A DNA stretch of 64,000 nt from an uncultured Alphaproteobacteria bacterium. Its GTDB lineage: Bacteria; Pseudomonadota; Alphaproteobacteria; RF32; CAG-239. Each line of letters begins with the position of its first letter. Position 1 is the stretch's first letter. The translations under genes and the position numbers were made by a program. The stretch is taken from NCBI GenBank assembly GCA_944391335.1, contig CALXTF010000001.1, positions 42,199 through 106,198 of the forward strand, written 5' to 3'. Under the pieces are notes generated by a model. The model searched no databases. It worked only from the letters and a program-made list of their open reading frames with translations, and had not been told where the DNA came from. Below are positions 9,373 to 20,510 of the stretch, piece after piece.

Positions 9373-10251
9373 TTAAAGTACCGATGTTAGTTTAGACTTT
9401 TGTTGAAAAATGTCAACAATCTTATCTAAATCAGCGACGGAGTCATATTGCAGAACAATTTTACCACCGCCTTTATGATCTGACGTAATTTTTACTTTTA
9501 CTTTTAAGTTTTGCGATATAAACGAAGCTATTTCTTCTAAATCTTGATTTATTGTTTTTTCATTTATTCTTTTTTTCGCTGTTTTTTTGGTTTTTGCCAC
9601 AAGTTCTTCAACTTGTCTTGCGTTCAATCCTTTTTCAACAATTTTTTGAGCTAATTCTTCTGCGTTTTCCAATCCGATTATGGGTCTGACCTGACCTGCC
9701 GTTAAAGTACCCTTTTGTACCAAATTTTGAACACTTGCGGGTAGTGTGAGCAAACGAAGTGTATTTGCAATATGACTTCTTGATTTTCCAATGACTTGTG
9801 CTAAAGCTTCTTGTGTATGGGAAAATTCATTAATTAATTTTTGCAAACCTTCAGCTTCTTCAATAGCGGATAAATTTTCCCTAAGTAAATTTTCAATTAA
9901 AGCAACTTCCAAAACTTCTTTGTCTTCAAGTTTTTTAATAATAACGGGTACTTCGGTTAATCCGACCATTGAAGCGGCGCGAAATCGTCTTTCGCCGGCA
10001 ATTATTTCATATTTTCCGTTTATTTTTTCACGTACAAGAAGCGGTTGTAAGATTCCTTTTTCTCGAATCGATTGAGCCAAAGCTTCCAGAGCTTCTTCAT
10101 CAAAGTCCAGACGCGGCTGAAAAGCACTTGCGCATAAATTTTCTATTTTTACTTTTTTTTCCAAAGATTTATTTTCAAAATCAATATCATCTCCGAACAA
10201 AGCCCCCAAACCACGGCCAAGACTTTTTCTTTTATGTGAATCATCTAGCAT
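9373..10251 (-). CDS. parB: Chromosome partitioning protein ParB
   Basis: ParB box 'GERRFRAA' and an HTH region. Overlaps parA. Confidence 0.9.
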   Translation of the reverse strand: MLDDSHKRKSLGRGLGALFGDDIDFENKSLEKKVKIENLCASAFQPRLDFDEEALEALAQSIREKGILQPLLVREKINGKYEIIAGERRFRAASMVGLTEVPVIIKKLEDKEVLEVALIENLLRENLSAIEEAEGLQKLINEFSHTQEALAQVIGKSRSHIANTLRLLTLPASVQNLVQKGTLTAGQVRPIIGLENAEELAQKIVEKGLNARQVEELVAKTKKTAKKRINEKTINQDLEEIASFISQNLKVKVKITSDHKGGGKIVLQYDSVADLDKIVDIFQQKSKLTSVL

Positions 10252-11027
10252 GAAATTAATTCCTTTTCTCTTTTTAAAACTTCTCCAGCCAAACTAATAT
10301 AGGCTTGTGATCCTGAACATTTAAAATCATAAAGTAAGACCGGTTTGCCGTGGGAAGGGGCTTCTGACACCCGAACATTCCGCGGTATGACCGTTTTATA
10401 AACTTTATTACCAAAAAAACTGCGTACATCATCTTCGACCATTTGCGTCAAGTTGTTTCGTCCGTCGTACATTGTCAAAACAACTCCTTGGAGTTCTAAT
10501 TTAGGATTAAAATGCCTTTTTATTTGATTGATATTACTTATTAAATCTGTAATTCCTTCTAAAGCTAAATATTCGCATTGTAAAGGAACGATTACAGCAT
10601 CAGATGCAACTAAAGCATTTATTGTAATTAAACTTAACGATGGCGGACAGTCTATTAAAATATAATCATAATCCGATGGATTTATATTATTTAAGGCTTC
10701 TTTTAATGCGAATTCACGATTAGGTTTATCAATGAGTTCTATTTCCGCGCCGGCAAGATTAGGAGAAGCTGGCACTAAAGAAAAATTTGGAATTTCAGTT
10801 AAAACAACAGCTTCTTTTAATTGGCATTGACCGATAATTAATTCATATGACGACAACATACCGGCGTGTTTATCCACGCCAAGCGAAGTTGATGCGTTTG
10901 ATTGAGGATCAAGGTCAAGCACTAAGATTTTTTTGCCGGCGGCAGCCATTGCCGTAGCTACATTAACTGTTGTCGTCGTTTTTCCAACACCGCCTTTACG
11001 GTTTGCAACTGCAATAACGCGAGGCAT
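10245..11027 (-). CDS. parA: Chromosome partitioning ATPase ParA
   Basis: Deviant Walker A 'NRKGGVGKTTT'. 260 aa. Confidence 0.95.
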   Translation of the reverse strand: MPRVIAVANRKGGVGKTTTTVNVATAMAAAGKKILVLDLDPQSNASTSLGVDKHAGMLSSYELIIGQCQLKEAVVLTEIPNFSLVPASPNLAGAEIELIDKPNREFALKEALNNINPSDYDYILIDCPPSLSLITINALVASDAVIVPLQCEYLALEGITDLISNINQIKRHFNPKLELQGVVLTMYDGRNNLTQMVEDDVRSFFGNKVYKTVIPRNVRVSEAPSHGKPVLLYDFKCSGSQAYISLAGEVLKREKELISC

Positions 11028-11028
11028 T

Positions 11029-11739
11029 TTAAGATCTCCTTATGGGTTTAATGTTTTTAACAATTAAAACTACACTATCTGTACTTGTTTGACTTTGCAC
11101 GGATTGGTATTCAAAAATCCATTTTTTTTGAGCTTCCTTTATTTCCAATTCAAAACTTTTACCTTTAGGAAAGAGACATAAACCATTTTTATTTAGTAAC
11201 GGGTATGCATAAGCAAGCAATTGATTTAGAGAGGTTAGGGCGCGTGCCGTAACCACATCGAATTTATTATTGATTAAATTTTCGATTCGTTGATTTACGA
11301 CTTTGATATTTTCACATTTGCATATTTTTTTGAGGTAGTTTAAATACACTGTTTTTTTAGCAGTACTTTCAACCAAAGTAAATTTTAAATACGGTGTTCT
11401 TTCCGCAGACATAACTGCGAGAACGATTCCTGGAAATCCGGCTCCGCTTCCTAAATCGACTAAACTTCTGGCTGTTGCCGGAATAAGCGGAAACAATTGA
11501 GCCGAGTCCAAAAAATGCCGGTTCCAAGCATCTTCCAATGAATTTTTACTAACAAGATTAAATTTATTCTGCCACTCGCATAGCGCTTGTTGACAGAGTT
11601 TTAATTTATCATATGTTTCACGTGAAACATTATATATGTCCATAAAATTTTCCATAGTTAATTTATATAACATATCATCTTTTTGAGAACACAAAAAAAA
11701 ACTTATAAACATTAATTTAAAAAAATATTTATTTTTCAT
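11029..11739 (-). CDS. rsmG: 16S rRNA m7G527 methyltransferase RsmG (GidB)
   Basis: SAM motif 'VDLGSGAGFPGI'. The N-terminus is probably over-called; the real start is likely an internal Met such as 'MENFMD'. Confidence 0.85.
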   Translation of the reverse strand: MKNKYFFKLMFISFFLCSQKDDMLYKLTMENFMDIYNVSRETYDKLKLCQQALCEWQNKFNLVSKNSLEDAWNRHFLDSAQLFPLIPATARSLVDLGSGAGFPGIVLAVMSAERTPYLKFTLVESTAKKTVYLNYLKKICKCENIKVVNQRIENLINNKFDVVTARALTSLNQLLAYAYPLLNKNGLCLFPKGKSFELEIKEAQKKWIFEYQSVQSQTSTDSVVLIVKNIKPIRRS

Positions 11740-11869
11740 AATGATAGATAAATATTTAGACTCATAACATCAATTTTTGATATTTTTACTGTTTTATGAT
11801 ATCCTGATAGTACAATAACAACCTGTTTACGGCATATATATGTTCAAAATATTGTTTGCTTACATTTTA

Positions 11870-12694
11870 TCACAAATTATATCGGTTTTTACAATTGATA
11901 TTTTTTAGCAACTGTTCAGCCTCTAAAAAATTTTTTCCTAATTCTTCCGTACAATGCGCGTCATCGCTGATTATAAGCGGTATGTCGCTTGATATTATCT
12001 CTTTTAATAACCAGTTTGTTGGGTAGAAATTTTTATTTTTACGCAGTCCTTTCGTGTTGATTTCTGTAAAAATTTTATTCTTTTGCAAACATTTGACTAT
12101 ATTTCTTTTTTCTTCAATATAGTCATTGTCTCCGCAACAAGCTCTATTGCGTGCATAATCTATATGCGCTATAAATAAAAATTTTTTGCTTTCAATTGCT
12201 TGACAAATACAATTAAAGTGTTGTTTGAGAAGTTTTTCTATTTCTTTCGGCGGCAAAAGTGTTGTTTCAATCATGTCAAGTATGTCATTTCCATTGTTCG
12301 GCTGTAAATAATGATTACCAGAAATATAATAATCCAATTCGGTTTTACGCCTAAATTCATCAAATTCTTCAATCCAACCGTCATATACAAAATAATCTAC
12401 TTCCGCACCAACACGAACTTTTATATTCCTGCCTTTTGCCTCTTTATGAACTGCTTCTTTGTGGCGGCAAAAATCATCCGTTGCTTTTTTGAAATCAAAA
12501 TAATAAACAGGTGTGTTAGTACATTTTTCCCATCGCGGCCATGACAAACTTTGTCTGACATTTTTGTGTACAATCAAATGATCGCTTATTCCTATTTCCT
12601 GCCAATCAAGTCTTTCCGCATGATTAATCATTTCTGCTATGCTGTTGCGTCCATCTGAAAAATTTGTATGGGTATGGTAACTAAATTTTTGCAT
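11870..12694 (-). CDS. PHP-family phosphoesterase (histidinol-phosphatase HisJ/HisK-like)
   Basis: N-terminal 'YHTHTNFSDG', internal 'ISDH', C-terminal 'ISDDAH': the PHP metal-binding motifs. 274 aa. Confidence 0.7.
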   Translation of the reverse strand: MQKFSYHTHTNFSDGRNSIAEMINHAERLDWQEIGISDHLIVHKNVRQSLSWPRWEKCTNTPVYYFDFKKATDDFCRHKEAVHKEAKGRNIKVRVGAEVDYFVYDGWIEEFDEFRRKTELDYYISGNHYLQPNNGNDILDMIETTLLPPKEIEKLLKQHFNCICQAIESKKFLFIAHIDYARNRACCGDNDYIEEKRNIVKCLQKNKIFTEINTKGLRKNKNFYPTNWLLKEIISSDIPLIISDDAHCTEELGKNFLEAEQLLKNINCKNRYNL

Positions 12695-12698
12695 TCCA

Positions 12699-13307
12699 TT
12701 AAAGTCCTATAATTCTATATACGTCAGTGCCTATTTTATTATCAATATAACTTTTTAAATAATGACATTCTTTCAACAAATTTGCGCTTATACTTTCATT
12801 CAAGTTGTATCTTTTACTTATACCTTCTACTCTTTCTTCGATTTTCACCATTGACATTCCCTCAAATAATTTATCACAAAGACTTATTAAATAATCATAA
12901 TCCGTGTATTCAACTGTTTGAAGCGTCTTTTTTGCCCACAAAAGCCATTCTAATGGATAATGGTAATTGGCAAATGAAAAATCTTTTAAAAATGTATGGG
13001 TTAAACATATTTGCGCAACTTCGTCATACCCCATTTTCATCATTTGTTCATAGCCTTCTTGACCATGAAATTTATTTTCAATTTTTTCACTGATTCTTTT
13101 GCCGTAATCATGCAATAAACCTAACACATATGCTTTTTCCGCATTCATGTTTTTTATATATTTCGCTATTTTTTCGGCCGTTTTTGCAACACCTTGTGTA
13201 TGAAAACGATATTCTTTTTCAAATGAAAAAGAATAGGGCAGGGAGCATCTATATTCTATTCCCTCTTCCCAGATTATTTCTGCTCTCTTTCGGTTGGGAT
13301 AAGTCAT
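12699..13307 (-). CDS. HD-domain phosphohydrolase
   Basis: 'HTQGVAKTA...LLHDYGK' HD motif. 202 aa. Its start overlaps the mnmG stop in an ATGA overlap. Confidence 0.7.
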   Translation of the reverse strand: MTYPNRKRAEIIWEEGIEYRCSLPYSFSFEKEYRFHTQGVAKTAEKIAKYIKNMNAEKAYVLGLLHDYGKRISEKIENKFHGQEGYEQMMKMGYDEVAQICLTHTFLKDFSFANYHYPLEWLLWAKKTLQTVEYTDYDYLISLCDKLFEGMSMVKIEERVEGISKRYNLNESISANLLKECHYLKSYIDNKIGTDVYRIIGL

Positions 13308-15157
13308 TTTTTTATGTAACCTAAAATTGCCATAATCGCTGCCGGCGTTACACCTGATATACGAGAAGCTTCTCCTATTGTTGATGGTTTTATCCGCGTC
13401 AATTTGGCAACCATTTCATTTGATAAACCACCTATTTTTTTATAATCTATATCCTCTTTTATCTTAAGTTTTTCATCTTTTTTAAATACTTCAATATCTG
13501 CCATTTGTCGTTTGATATAACCTGAATATTTTGCCTCAATTTCAACTTCTTCATACACATCCGAACTATATTCTTTTAATTGAGGCCATATCTTATATAT
13601 TGTTTCACGTGAAACATCATCATAAGACATTAAATTAAATACTGTTCGACGTACTCCATCCTTTTTGTTCTTAATACCATAATTATCTAATTCCGAAGAT
13701 TTTACAGCCAAATTTTCCGCTAAACTTTTCAATTCGAAAATAGCCTTCTCTTTTGCTTTGTATCTTTTATATCTTTCTTCGCTTACACAACCTATTTCAT
13801 AACCTGCTTCGGTTAATCGACTGTCGGCATTATCTGCCCTTAAATATAATCTATATTCCGAACGCGAGGTAAACATTCTATAAGGTTCATCAACTCCTTT
13901 GGTTATTAAATCATCTATCATAACGCCTATGTATGCTTGTGAACGATCAATGTAAAATTCTTTATCCTGTCCCTCTGCTTTTAAGGCCGCGTTAATTCCA
14001 GCTACCAAACCTTGCGCTCCCGCTTCTTCATAGCCGGTGGTTCCATTAATTTGTCCGGCTAAAAATAATGATGGAACTTTCTTTAATTCTAATGTGTGAT
14101 TCAATTCTTGAGGATCAACATAATCATATTCTATTGCATATGCATAGCGTAAAATTTTTACTTTCTCCAAGCCTTTCATTGTATGTATAAAAGCTTCTTG
14201 AACATCTGCCGGTAATGATGTAGAAATACCGTTCGGATAAACAACATCTGTTCCCAATCCCTCAGGTTCAAGAAATATTTGATGACTCTCTCTATCCGCA
14301 AATTTTACCAATTTGTCCTCTATACTCGGACAATATCTTGGACCAACTCCTTTAATTAAACCTGAAAATAACGCGCATTTTTCAAAATTATCACGAATAA
14401 TTTTATGCGTTTCAAGATTTGTATGGGTTATGTGACATGCTATTTGCGGATTTGTGATTTTATCCGTCATATATGAAAATGGTTGTGGATTTTCATCTCC
14501 AAGCTGAACATCCAAAATATCCCAATTAATCGTTTTACCGTCTAAACGTGCCGGCGTTCCGGTTTTTAAACGTCCTAATCTTAATTCTTTTTGATTAAGA
14601 TACGGCGTCAACCCCGTACAACTTATATCTCCAACTCTACCGCCTATTGATGTTTGATGACCTGTAAACATTATTCCATTTAAAAAGGTTCCGGTGGTCA
14701 AGACAACCGCATCTGCTCCTATTCGCGTATCGTCGCTTAAAATTACTCCGCTTGCTTTATCCCCTTCAAAAATTAAACCTTCTACCGATCCTTCAAAAAT
14801 TTCTAAATTCTCTTGTGCTTGCAAAGCTTCAAGCATATGTTTTTTATATAATTCCCTATCCGCTTGCGCTCGCGGACCTCTTACCGCAGGACCCTTTGAC
14901 ATATTTAACATTCTAAATTGTATGCCAGCCTTATCAATAACACGTCCCATCAAACCATCCAAAGCATCTATCTCTCTAACCAGATGACCTTTTCCTAAAC
15001 CGCCAATTGCCGGATTACAAGACATTTCACCAATTGTTGATATTTTATGCGTTATCAAGAGTGTGTTTGCTCCCATCCTTGCTGATGCTGCGCATGCTTC
15101 ACAGCCCGCATGTCCGCCACCAACAACAATAACGTTATAATGTTTCTTTATCTGCAT
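13304..15157 (-). CDS. mnmG: tRNA U34 carboxymethylaminomethyl modification enzyme MnmG (GidA)
   Basis: FAD motif '[13 protein letters not shown]'. 617 aa with the conserved MnmG C-terminus. Confidence 0.95.
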   Translation of the reverse strand: MQIKKHYNVIVVGGGHAGCEACAASARMGANTLLITHKISTIGEMSCNPAIGGLGKGHLVREIDALDGLMGRVIDKAGIQFRMLNMSKGPAVRGPRAQADRELYKKHMLEALQAQENLEIFEGSVEGLIFEGDKASGVILSDDTRIGADAVVLTTGTFLNGIMFTGHQTSIGGRVGDISCTGLTPYLNQKELRLGRLKTGTPARLDGKTINWDILDVQLGDENPQPFSYMTDKITNPQIACHITHTNLETHKIIRDNFEKCALFSGLIKGVGPRYCPSIEDKLVKFADRESHQIFLEPEGLGTDVVYPNGISTSLPADVQEAFIHTMKGLEKVKILRYAYAIEYDYVDPQELNHTLELKKVPSLFLAGQINGTTGYEEAGAQGLVAGINAALKAEGQDKEFYIDRSQAYIGVMIDDLITKGVDEPYRMFTSRSEYRLYLRADNADSRLTEAGYEIGCVSEERYKRYKAKEKAIFELKSLAENLAVKSSELDNYGIKNKKDGVRRTVFNLMSYDDVSRETIYKIWPQLKEYSSDVYEEVEIEAKYSGYIKRQMADIEVFKKDEKLKIKEDIDYKKIGGLSNEMVAKLTRIKPSTIGEASRISGVTPAAIMAILGYIKK

Positions 15158-15294
15158 TTTTTCCTCTTTTATTGCTTTTTGCGGTTTAACTTTTTTTTAT
15201 TTATTTTTCAAGTTTTTTATTATATAAATCCTTATTTTAATAAATATTTAAGTTAATTTGTTTTATCATTTAAAAATATTAAGGAAAATCATAT

Positions 15295-15864
15295 ATGATT
15301 ACTTTTATCTTATTTATTATACATATCATTTTACTCGCAGCTCTTATTTACATCTGGACGCTTATTATTCGTTTAATTATAAATCCCCATTTTCGGGAAT
15401 GTCCACCCTTTATTCCAAGCTTTGGAAAGCAAAAAAAATTTATTCTCGCTAGAATGAAAGATGAAATTGAAAAAAAAGGCGGAAACATTTCAATCCTCGA
15501 TCCGGGATGTGGTATTGCCACTTTATTAATCTCTCTTGCTAAAAAATATCCCGATTGCAATTTCGTCGGTATCGAATGGCGAAAAATAACCGCAAAAATC
15601 GCTCAATTAAGAACTCATAATTTAAAAAATGTAAAAATTGTATGTCAGGACTTCTTTGATTATCCTTTTAATGATTTTCAAATTATCGTTTGTTTCTTAA
15701 TGCAGCCGATAATGCAAGAACTGGGAGAAAAAATAAAAAATGAATGTCAAAGTGGTACTATCGTTATTTCAAACACTTTTTACTTTCCTCAAATAAAACC
15801 AGATGAATTAATAAAAATCAATGGATTATATAAATTTAATGATGTTTATATTTATAAATTTTAA
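15295..15864 (+). CDS. Membrane-anchored class I SAM-dependent methyltransferase
   Basis: N-terminal transmembrane helix followed by motif I 'ILDPGCGIATLL'. 189 aa. Confidence 0.6.
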   Translation: MITFILFIIHIILLAALIYIWTLIIRLIINPHFRECPPFIPSFGKQKKFILARMKDEIEKKGGNISILDPGCGIATLLISLAKKYPDCNFVGIEWRKITAKIAQLRTHNLKNVKIVCQDFFDYPFNDFQIIVCFLMQPIMQELGEKIKNECQSGTIVISNTFYFPQIKPDELIKINGLYKFNDVYIYKF

Positions 15865-15866
15865 GC

Positions 15867-17207
15867 TTATTTTCCTATACAAAAGCTTCCAAAAATTTTA
15901 TCTAAAATTTCATTAACTTCTATTCGACCGGTTATTTTCCCTATTTCTCTTGCCGCTATCCGAATATCTTCCGCTGATAATTCTATGGATTTATGCAGAT
16001 TAAAGTTTTCCAAGCTTTTAAATACACTGTTCAATATCTCTCGATACCTATGCCGCGTAATCAATATTCCTGATGAATCCGTAAAATTCTCAGATATTCT
16101 TTTATTTATTTCTTTTAATATTTCTTCTATGCCTTCTTGATACTTGGCCGAAATTGTTATATATCCTTTATCTTCCCATTTAAAACACTGTTCAACACTT
16201 ATTTTATCTTTTTTATTTATAACATAAATCATCTTGTTTTTGCTTGTCTTTTCTAAATTTAAAAAAGGTAAAAGATTAACTTTTTCTCCGTCTAACAAAC
16301 ATATTATTAAATCCGCTTTATTCGCTTTTTCATATGCTATTTCTATTCCTTTTTGCTCTATCTCTTCTTCCGTATCTCTTAATCCCGCCGTATCCGTAAA
16401 TATAATAGGATAGCCATTGATATCCATATAAATATCTATCGCATCTCTTGTCGTACCCGCTATATCTGATACAATAACGGCTTCTTTTCGAGCCAACGCA
16501 TTAAATAAACTTGACTTGCCTGCATTTGGTTCACCAATTATCACAACTCGAAAACCTTCATGCAATCTTTCACCTAATCGGCTTTGCTGCAAATGTTGAT
16601 TTATTTCGTTTCTTACATTTAAAACGGTGTTCTCTATCTTTTTAATTAAATCCGTCGGTAATTCTTCATCCGGAAAATCTATATATGCTTCAAGATACGC
16701 CATAATATCTATAAGCTTTTCACGCCAGCTTTCATATAAGTTTTTAAGTCCGCCGTCCATTTGTTTTAAAGCATATTTTTGTTGTTCACTCGTTTGCGCG
16801 TCTATTAAATCGGCTAATCCTTCCGCTTCCGTTAAATCCATTTTCCCGTTATAAAAGGCTCTTTTCGAAAATTCTCCAGGTTCCGCTAAACGAAAATTTT
16901 CTATTCGACTTAAACTCTCAAGTACAGAAGATATTACCGCTTTTGAGCCATGCGTATGAATTTCAACAATATCCTCGCCGGTGAATGATGAAGGCGATTT
17001 AAAATATATAATTATACCATGATCTATGGTTTCTCCTTTTATATCATGTATCAAACTAAAATACGCGTGCCGTGAATTGATTTTTTCAATATCAATCAAA
17101 CTCATATATTTAATCGCTTTAAGTGCTTCTTCCCCTGATATTCTGAAAACTGCAACACCTGATTTTCCGCTTACCGTCGAAAGTGCGTATATTGTATCTT
17201 TTGCCAT
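15867..17207 (-). CDS. mnmE: tRNA modification GTPase MnmE (TrmE)
   Basis: G-domain 'GEPNAGKSSLFNAL', 'DTAG', 'NKKD', and the C-terminal 'CIGK' motif. Confidence 0.95.
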   Translation of the reverse strand: MAKDTIYALSTVSGKSGVAVFRISGEEALKAIKYMSLIDIEKINSRHAYFSLIHDIKGETIDHGIIIYFKSPSSFTGEDIVEIHTHGSKAVISSVLESLSRIENFRLAEPGEFSKRAFYNGKMDLTEAEGLADLIDAQTSEQQKYALKQMDGGLKNLYESWREKLIDIMAYLEAYIDFPDEELPTDLIKKIENTVLNVRNEINQHLQQSRLGERLHEGFRVVIIGEPNAGKSSLFNALARKEAVIVSDIAGTTRDAIDIYMDINGYPIIFTDTAGLRDTEEEIEQKGIEIAYEKANKADLIICLLDGEKVNLLPFLNLEKTSKNKMIYVINKKDKISVEQCFKWEDKGYITISAKYQEGIEEILKEINKRISENFTDSSGILITRHRYREILNSVFKSLENFNLHKSIELSAEDIRIAAREIGKITGRIEVNEILDKIFGSFCIGK

Positions 17208-17388
17208 AATTTCTCCTTTTTATTATTTTATGATATATCGTTAAATCCTTTTTTATGCAAGTTCATTCTAAATACTGTTTTTTACTCTCTGGTAAGTTTT
17301 TTATGTTATCTTAATATTTATATCATATTTTTACAAAATGCTTATTCTATGGGCTTCTAATAAAATCTTTTTTTTGGAGTAATCTTTA

Positions 17389-18060
17389 ATGAAAAAAAAA
17401 CTTATTATTTGGGATTTTGACGGCGTCATTTCCGATACTGAAAAATTATGGATTGAAAATAGAAGACTGATGCTTAATCAAAAATTTAATATAAATTGGG
17501 ATTTTAATACAACCAATCATTATATAGGCGGAAAAAGCGATAAAACAAAAAAAGAGGATTTAGAAAAAATTAATATCATTACCGATGATGATTTTTGGAA
17601 TGAAGCCTGTAAAAAAGATTATCTCGTGATGAATAAAGGAATTCAACTTACGGAAGGTATTGAAAATATATTTAAAAATAATAACTTTGAGCAATGTATC
17701 GCTACAGGTGGAGTAAAAGATAAAACTGCTGCTAAAATAAAATCCGTTGGTATTGAAAAATACTTTCCGCAAAATAAGATTTTTACCGCCGATATGGTTG
17801 AACACGGAAAACCTCAACCTGATATTTTTATTCTTGCCGCTGAAAAATTAGGATATCAATCTAAGGACTGCATCGTTATTGAAGATTCTTTAGCCGGAAT
17901 GACCGCTGGACTTAGAGCTAATATGCTTGTAATTGCATTTATCGGATTTGAAATGAATCAATCAGAAGAATATTTGAAAAAAATTAAAAATCTGGGAATA
18001 AAACATATTTTCTATACCATGTACGATATTGAAAAATTTTTAAATCAGTTTCTGTCTTAA
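17389..18060 (+). CDS. HAD-superfamily hydrolase (beta-phosphoglucomutase-like)
   Basis: Motif I 'IIWDFDGVISDTE' (DxD), a 'GGK' lysine motif, and 'EDS' motif IV. Confidence 0.75.
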   Translation: MKKKLIIWDFDGVISDTEKLWIENRRLMLNQKFNINWDFNTTNHYIGGKSDKTKKEDLEKINIITDDDFWNEACKKDYLVMNKGIQLTEGIENIFKNNNFEQCIATGGVKDKTAAKIKSVGIEKYFPQNKIFTADMVEHGKPQPDIFILAAEKLGYQSKDCIVIEDSLAGMTAGLRANMLVIAFIGFEMNQSEEYLKKIKNLGIKHIFYTMYDIEKFLNQFLS

Positions 18061-18151
18061 AATATGTTTTTTCTATTTTACTTGTAATATTTTATTAGAT
18101 TATATTTTATTATGAAATATATCTTAAAAAATTAACCTTTTTCTCATTTAA

Positions 18152-18186
18152 AAAACTCTCTTTTTTCAAAGAGAGTTTTTTTTTAA
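18152..18186. terminator. Bidirectional rho-independent terminator between the HAD gene and rho
   Basis: Perfect 12-bp stem AAAACTCTCTTT/AAAGAGAGTTTT with a 4-nt loop, flanked by A- and T-runs. Confidence 0.75.
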
Positions 18187-19436
18187 GAATTCATATTATT
18201 AAAGAAATCTTGATTATTTTTACTTTGTTTAAGCTTATCAAGTAAAAATTCCATACCATCAGTCATTCCCATTTGCATTAAAACACGGCGTAATACCCAC
18301 ATTTTTGTTAAAGTAGCCTTATCAACCAATAATTCTTCTTTACGCGTACCGGAACGAGTAATATCAATTGTTGGAAATAAACGTTTATCTGTTAATTTAC
18401 GATCTAAGATTATTTCTGAATTACCTGTTCCTTTAAATTCCTCAAAAATAACTTCATCCATGCGTGAACCGGTATCAATCAAAGCAGTGGCTATAATTGT
18501 TAATGATCCACCTTCTTCTACATTTCGAGCTGCACCAAGGATTCTTTTAGGTCTTTGCAAAGCGTTGGCGTCAACGCCGCCTGTTAAAACTTTTCCTGAT
18601 GAAGGTACGACCGTGTTATAAGCACGACCTAAACGAGTGATAGAATCTAGTAAAATCACAACATCTTTTTTGTTTTCGACTAAGCGTTTTGCTTTTTCTA
18701 TAACCATTTCTGCCACTTGAACATGACGGGTTGCCGGTTCATCAAAAGTTGATGAAATAACTTCACCTTTAACCGAACGCGTCATATCAGTAACTTCTTC
18801 CGGACGTTCATCTATTAACAAAACCATTAAATATACTTCAGGATGATTAGTGGATATAGCATGGGCAATATTTTGCAACATTACCGTTTTACCGGTTCTT
18901 GGAGGTGCAACAATTAAACCTCTTTGTCCTTTACCCTGAGGAGCTATTAAATCAATAATTCTTGTTGTATAATCCTTATCGCCGCAGATAATGTCAAAAT
19001 CTAATTTTTCTGTTGGATATAAAGGTGTTAAGTTATCAAAATTAATCCTTAATTTCGATTTTTCCGGATCATCAAAATTAATACGGTTGATTTTTGTTAA
19101 TGCAAAATAACGCTCATTATCTTTGGGCGCTCGTATTTCACCTTCAATTGTATCACCTGTTCTTAAACCGTATTTTTTAACTTGTGCTGGTGAAACATAT
19201 ATATCATCTGGACCAGCTAAATAGTTCGATTGTGCCGAACGTAAAAAACCAAAACCATCTTGCAATACTTCGATGGTTCCTTCCCCATAGATGATATTGT
19301 CATCAGAAGCGACTTTTTTTAAGATTGCAAACATTAAATCTTGTTTACGCATGGAAGAAGCGTCTTCTATTCCGAGTTCTTCTGCTTCATTTAATAAATC
19401 CTTCGGGGATTTTTGTTTTAATTCGTTTAAATGCAT
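18183..19436 (-). CDS. rho: Transcription termination factor Rho
   Basis: RNA-binding N-terminal domain, Walker A 'APPRTGKT', 417 aa. Confidence 0.95.
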   Translation of the reverse strand: MHLNELKQKSPKDLLNEAEELGIEDASSMRKQDLMFAILKKVASDDNIIYGEGTIEVLQDGFGFLRSAQSNYLAGPDDIYVSPAQVKKYGLRTGDTIEGEIRAPKDNERYFALTKINRINFDDPEKSKLRINFDNLTPLYPTEKLDFDIICGDKDYTTRIIDLIAPQGKGQRGLIVAPPRTGKTVMLQNIAHAISTNHPEVYLMVLLIDERPEEVTDMTRSVKGEVISSTFDEPATRHVQVAEMVIEKAKRLVENKKDVVILLDSITRLGRAYNTVVPSSGKVLTGGVDANALQRPKRILGAARNVEEGGSLTIIATALIDTGSRMDEVIFEEFKGTGNSEIILDRKLTDKRLFPTIDITRSGTRKEELLVDKATLTKMWVLRRVLMQMGMTDGMEFLLDKLKQSKNNQDFFNNMNS

Positions 19437-19925
19437 GAATTTATCCGTTTGTTGTTGATGATTATATATGTGGGATGAGTTTTTATGAAATCGTAAAACG
19501 ATATCGTTTTTATAAAGGAGTTTATATTTATTGTCAATTATTTGTTATAAAAAAAGTTATCAACATTTTTAACGCCTATTTCATATATTTTTTTAAATGT
19601 TGTTGTTTTATGTTGTTTGAATGAAATAAGAGGATTATTTTTTATCAACAGATTTATTCATATATTTATTTAATGTTTATAAATATGTTAGTGTTTCTTG
19701 TCTTTATTTTATAAAATTATATTAAACTGCGAGTCTATTGTGTAAATAAAAAAATTTACTATTTGTTAATAATTAAAGTTATCCTTTTTATAAATAGATG
19801 AGTATAAAAGTTATTCACTTGTTAATAACTTGTTTTATTAATTTTTAATTATCTGTATAATATTTTCAAGAATATGATTTTTTTTTATTTATACACAAGG
19901 ATGTGGATAAAACGGAGCTTTTTAT
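19437..19925. other. Putative chromosomal replication origin (oriC) between divergent rho and coaE
   Basis: 490-bp, very AT-rich non-coding gap. One perfect DnaA box TGTGGATAA (19902-19910), two 8/9 boxes TTATCAACA (19557-19565, 19642-19650) and several weaker TTATCC/TTATTC variants. The position matches alphaproteobacterial Cori context (rho-trmE-gidAB-parAB on one side, coaE-dnaQ on the other). Confidence 0.5.
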
Positions 19926-20504
19926 ATGAAATTAATTGCTATTACCGGCTCAATAGGTTGTGGTAAAACAACCATAGCTAAAATAATCAGAAAGCAGGGG
20001 TTTGTTGTTTTTGATGTTGATGCTTGGGTGCGGCGTTTGTATTTTAATAAAGATTTTATTTGCAGCTTAAAAAATGTATATCCTATGGTTGTTGATGATT
20101 TTAAAGTTGATAAAAAAAAATTACGTAATATTGTTTTTAATGATTATAAACAATTAAAACAATTGGAATCAATGATACATCCTTTTTTACGTCGATACTT
20201 AAAGTCCGTTATTTCTAAAAATAGTCGTTATAAAGGATGTTTTTTTATTGATGTTGCCTTGTTGTTTGAAATGGGATGGGATATTTATTGTAATAAAATC
20301 ATAGTCGCTGATGTAAATTACGAAGTACAAAAAAACAGAGTCATGAAACGTGATAATATTAAAGCCGATGATTTTGATAAAATAAATAATGTGCAAATTA
20401 ATAACGAATTGAAAAAGAAAAAAGCCGATATTGTTATTAACACAGATAAACCTTTTCATATTTTAAAATTAGATATAATCAAAATGTTGAAAAATTTGGA
20501 GTAA
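19926..20504 (+). CDS. coaE: Dephospho-CoA kinase
   Basis: P-loop 'GSIGCGKTT'. 192 aa. Confidence 0.85.
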   Translation: MKLIAITGSIGCGKTTIAKIIRKQGFVVFDVDAWVRRLYFNKDFICSLKNVYPMVVDDFKVDKKKLRNIVFNDYKQLKQLESMIHPFLRRYLKSVISKNSRYKGCFFIDVALLFEMGWDIYCNKIIVADVNYEVQKNRVMKRDNIKADDFDKINNVQINNELKKKKADIVINTDKPFHILKLDIIKMLKNLE

Positions 20505-20510
20505 TATATA

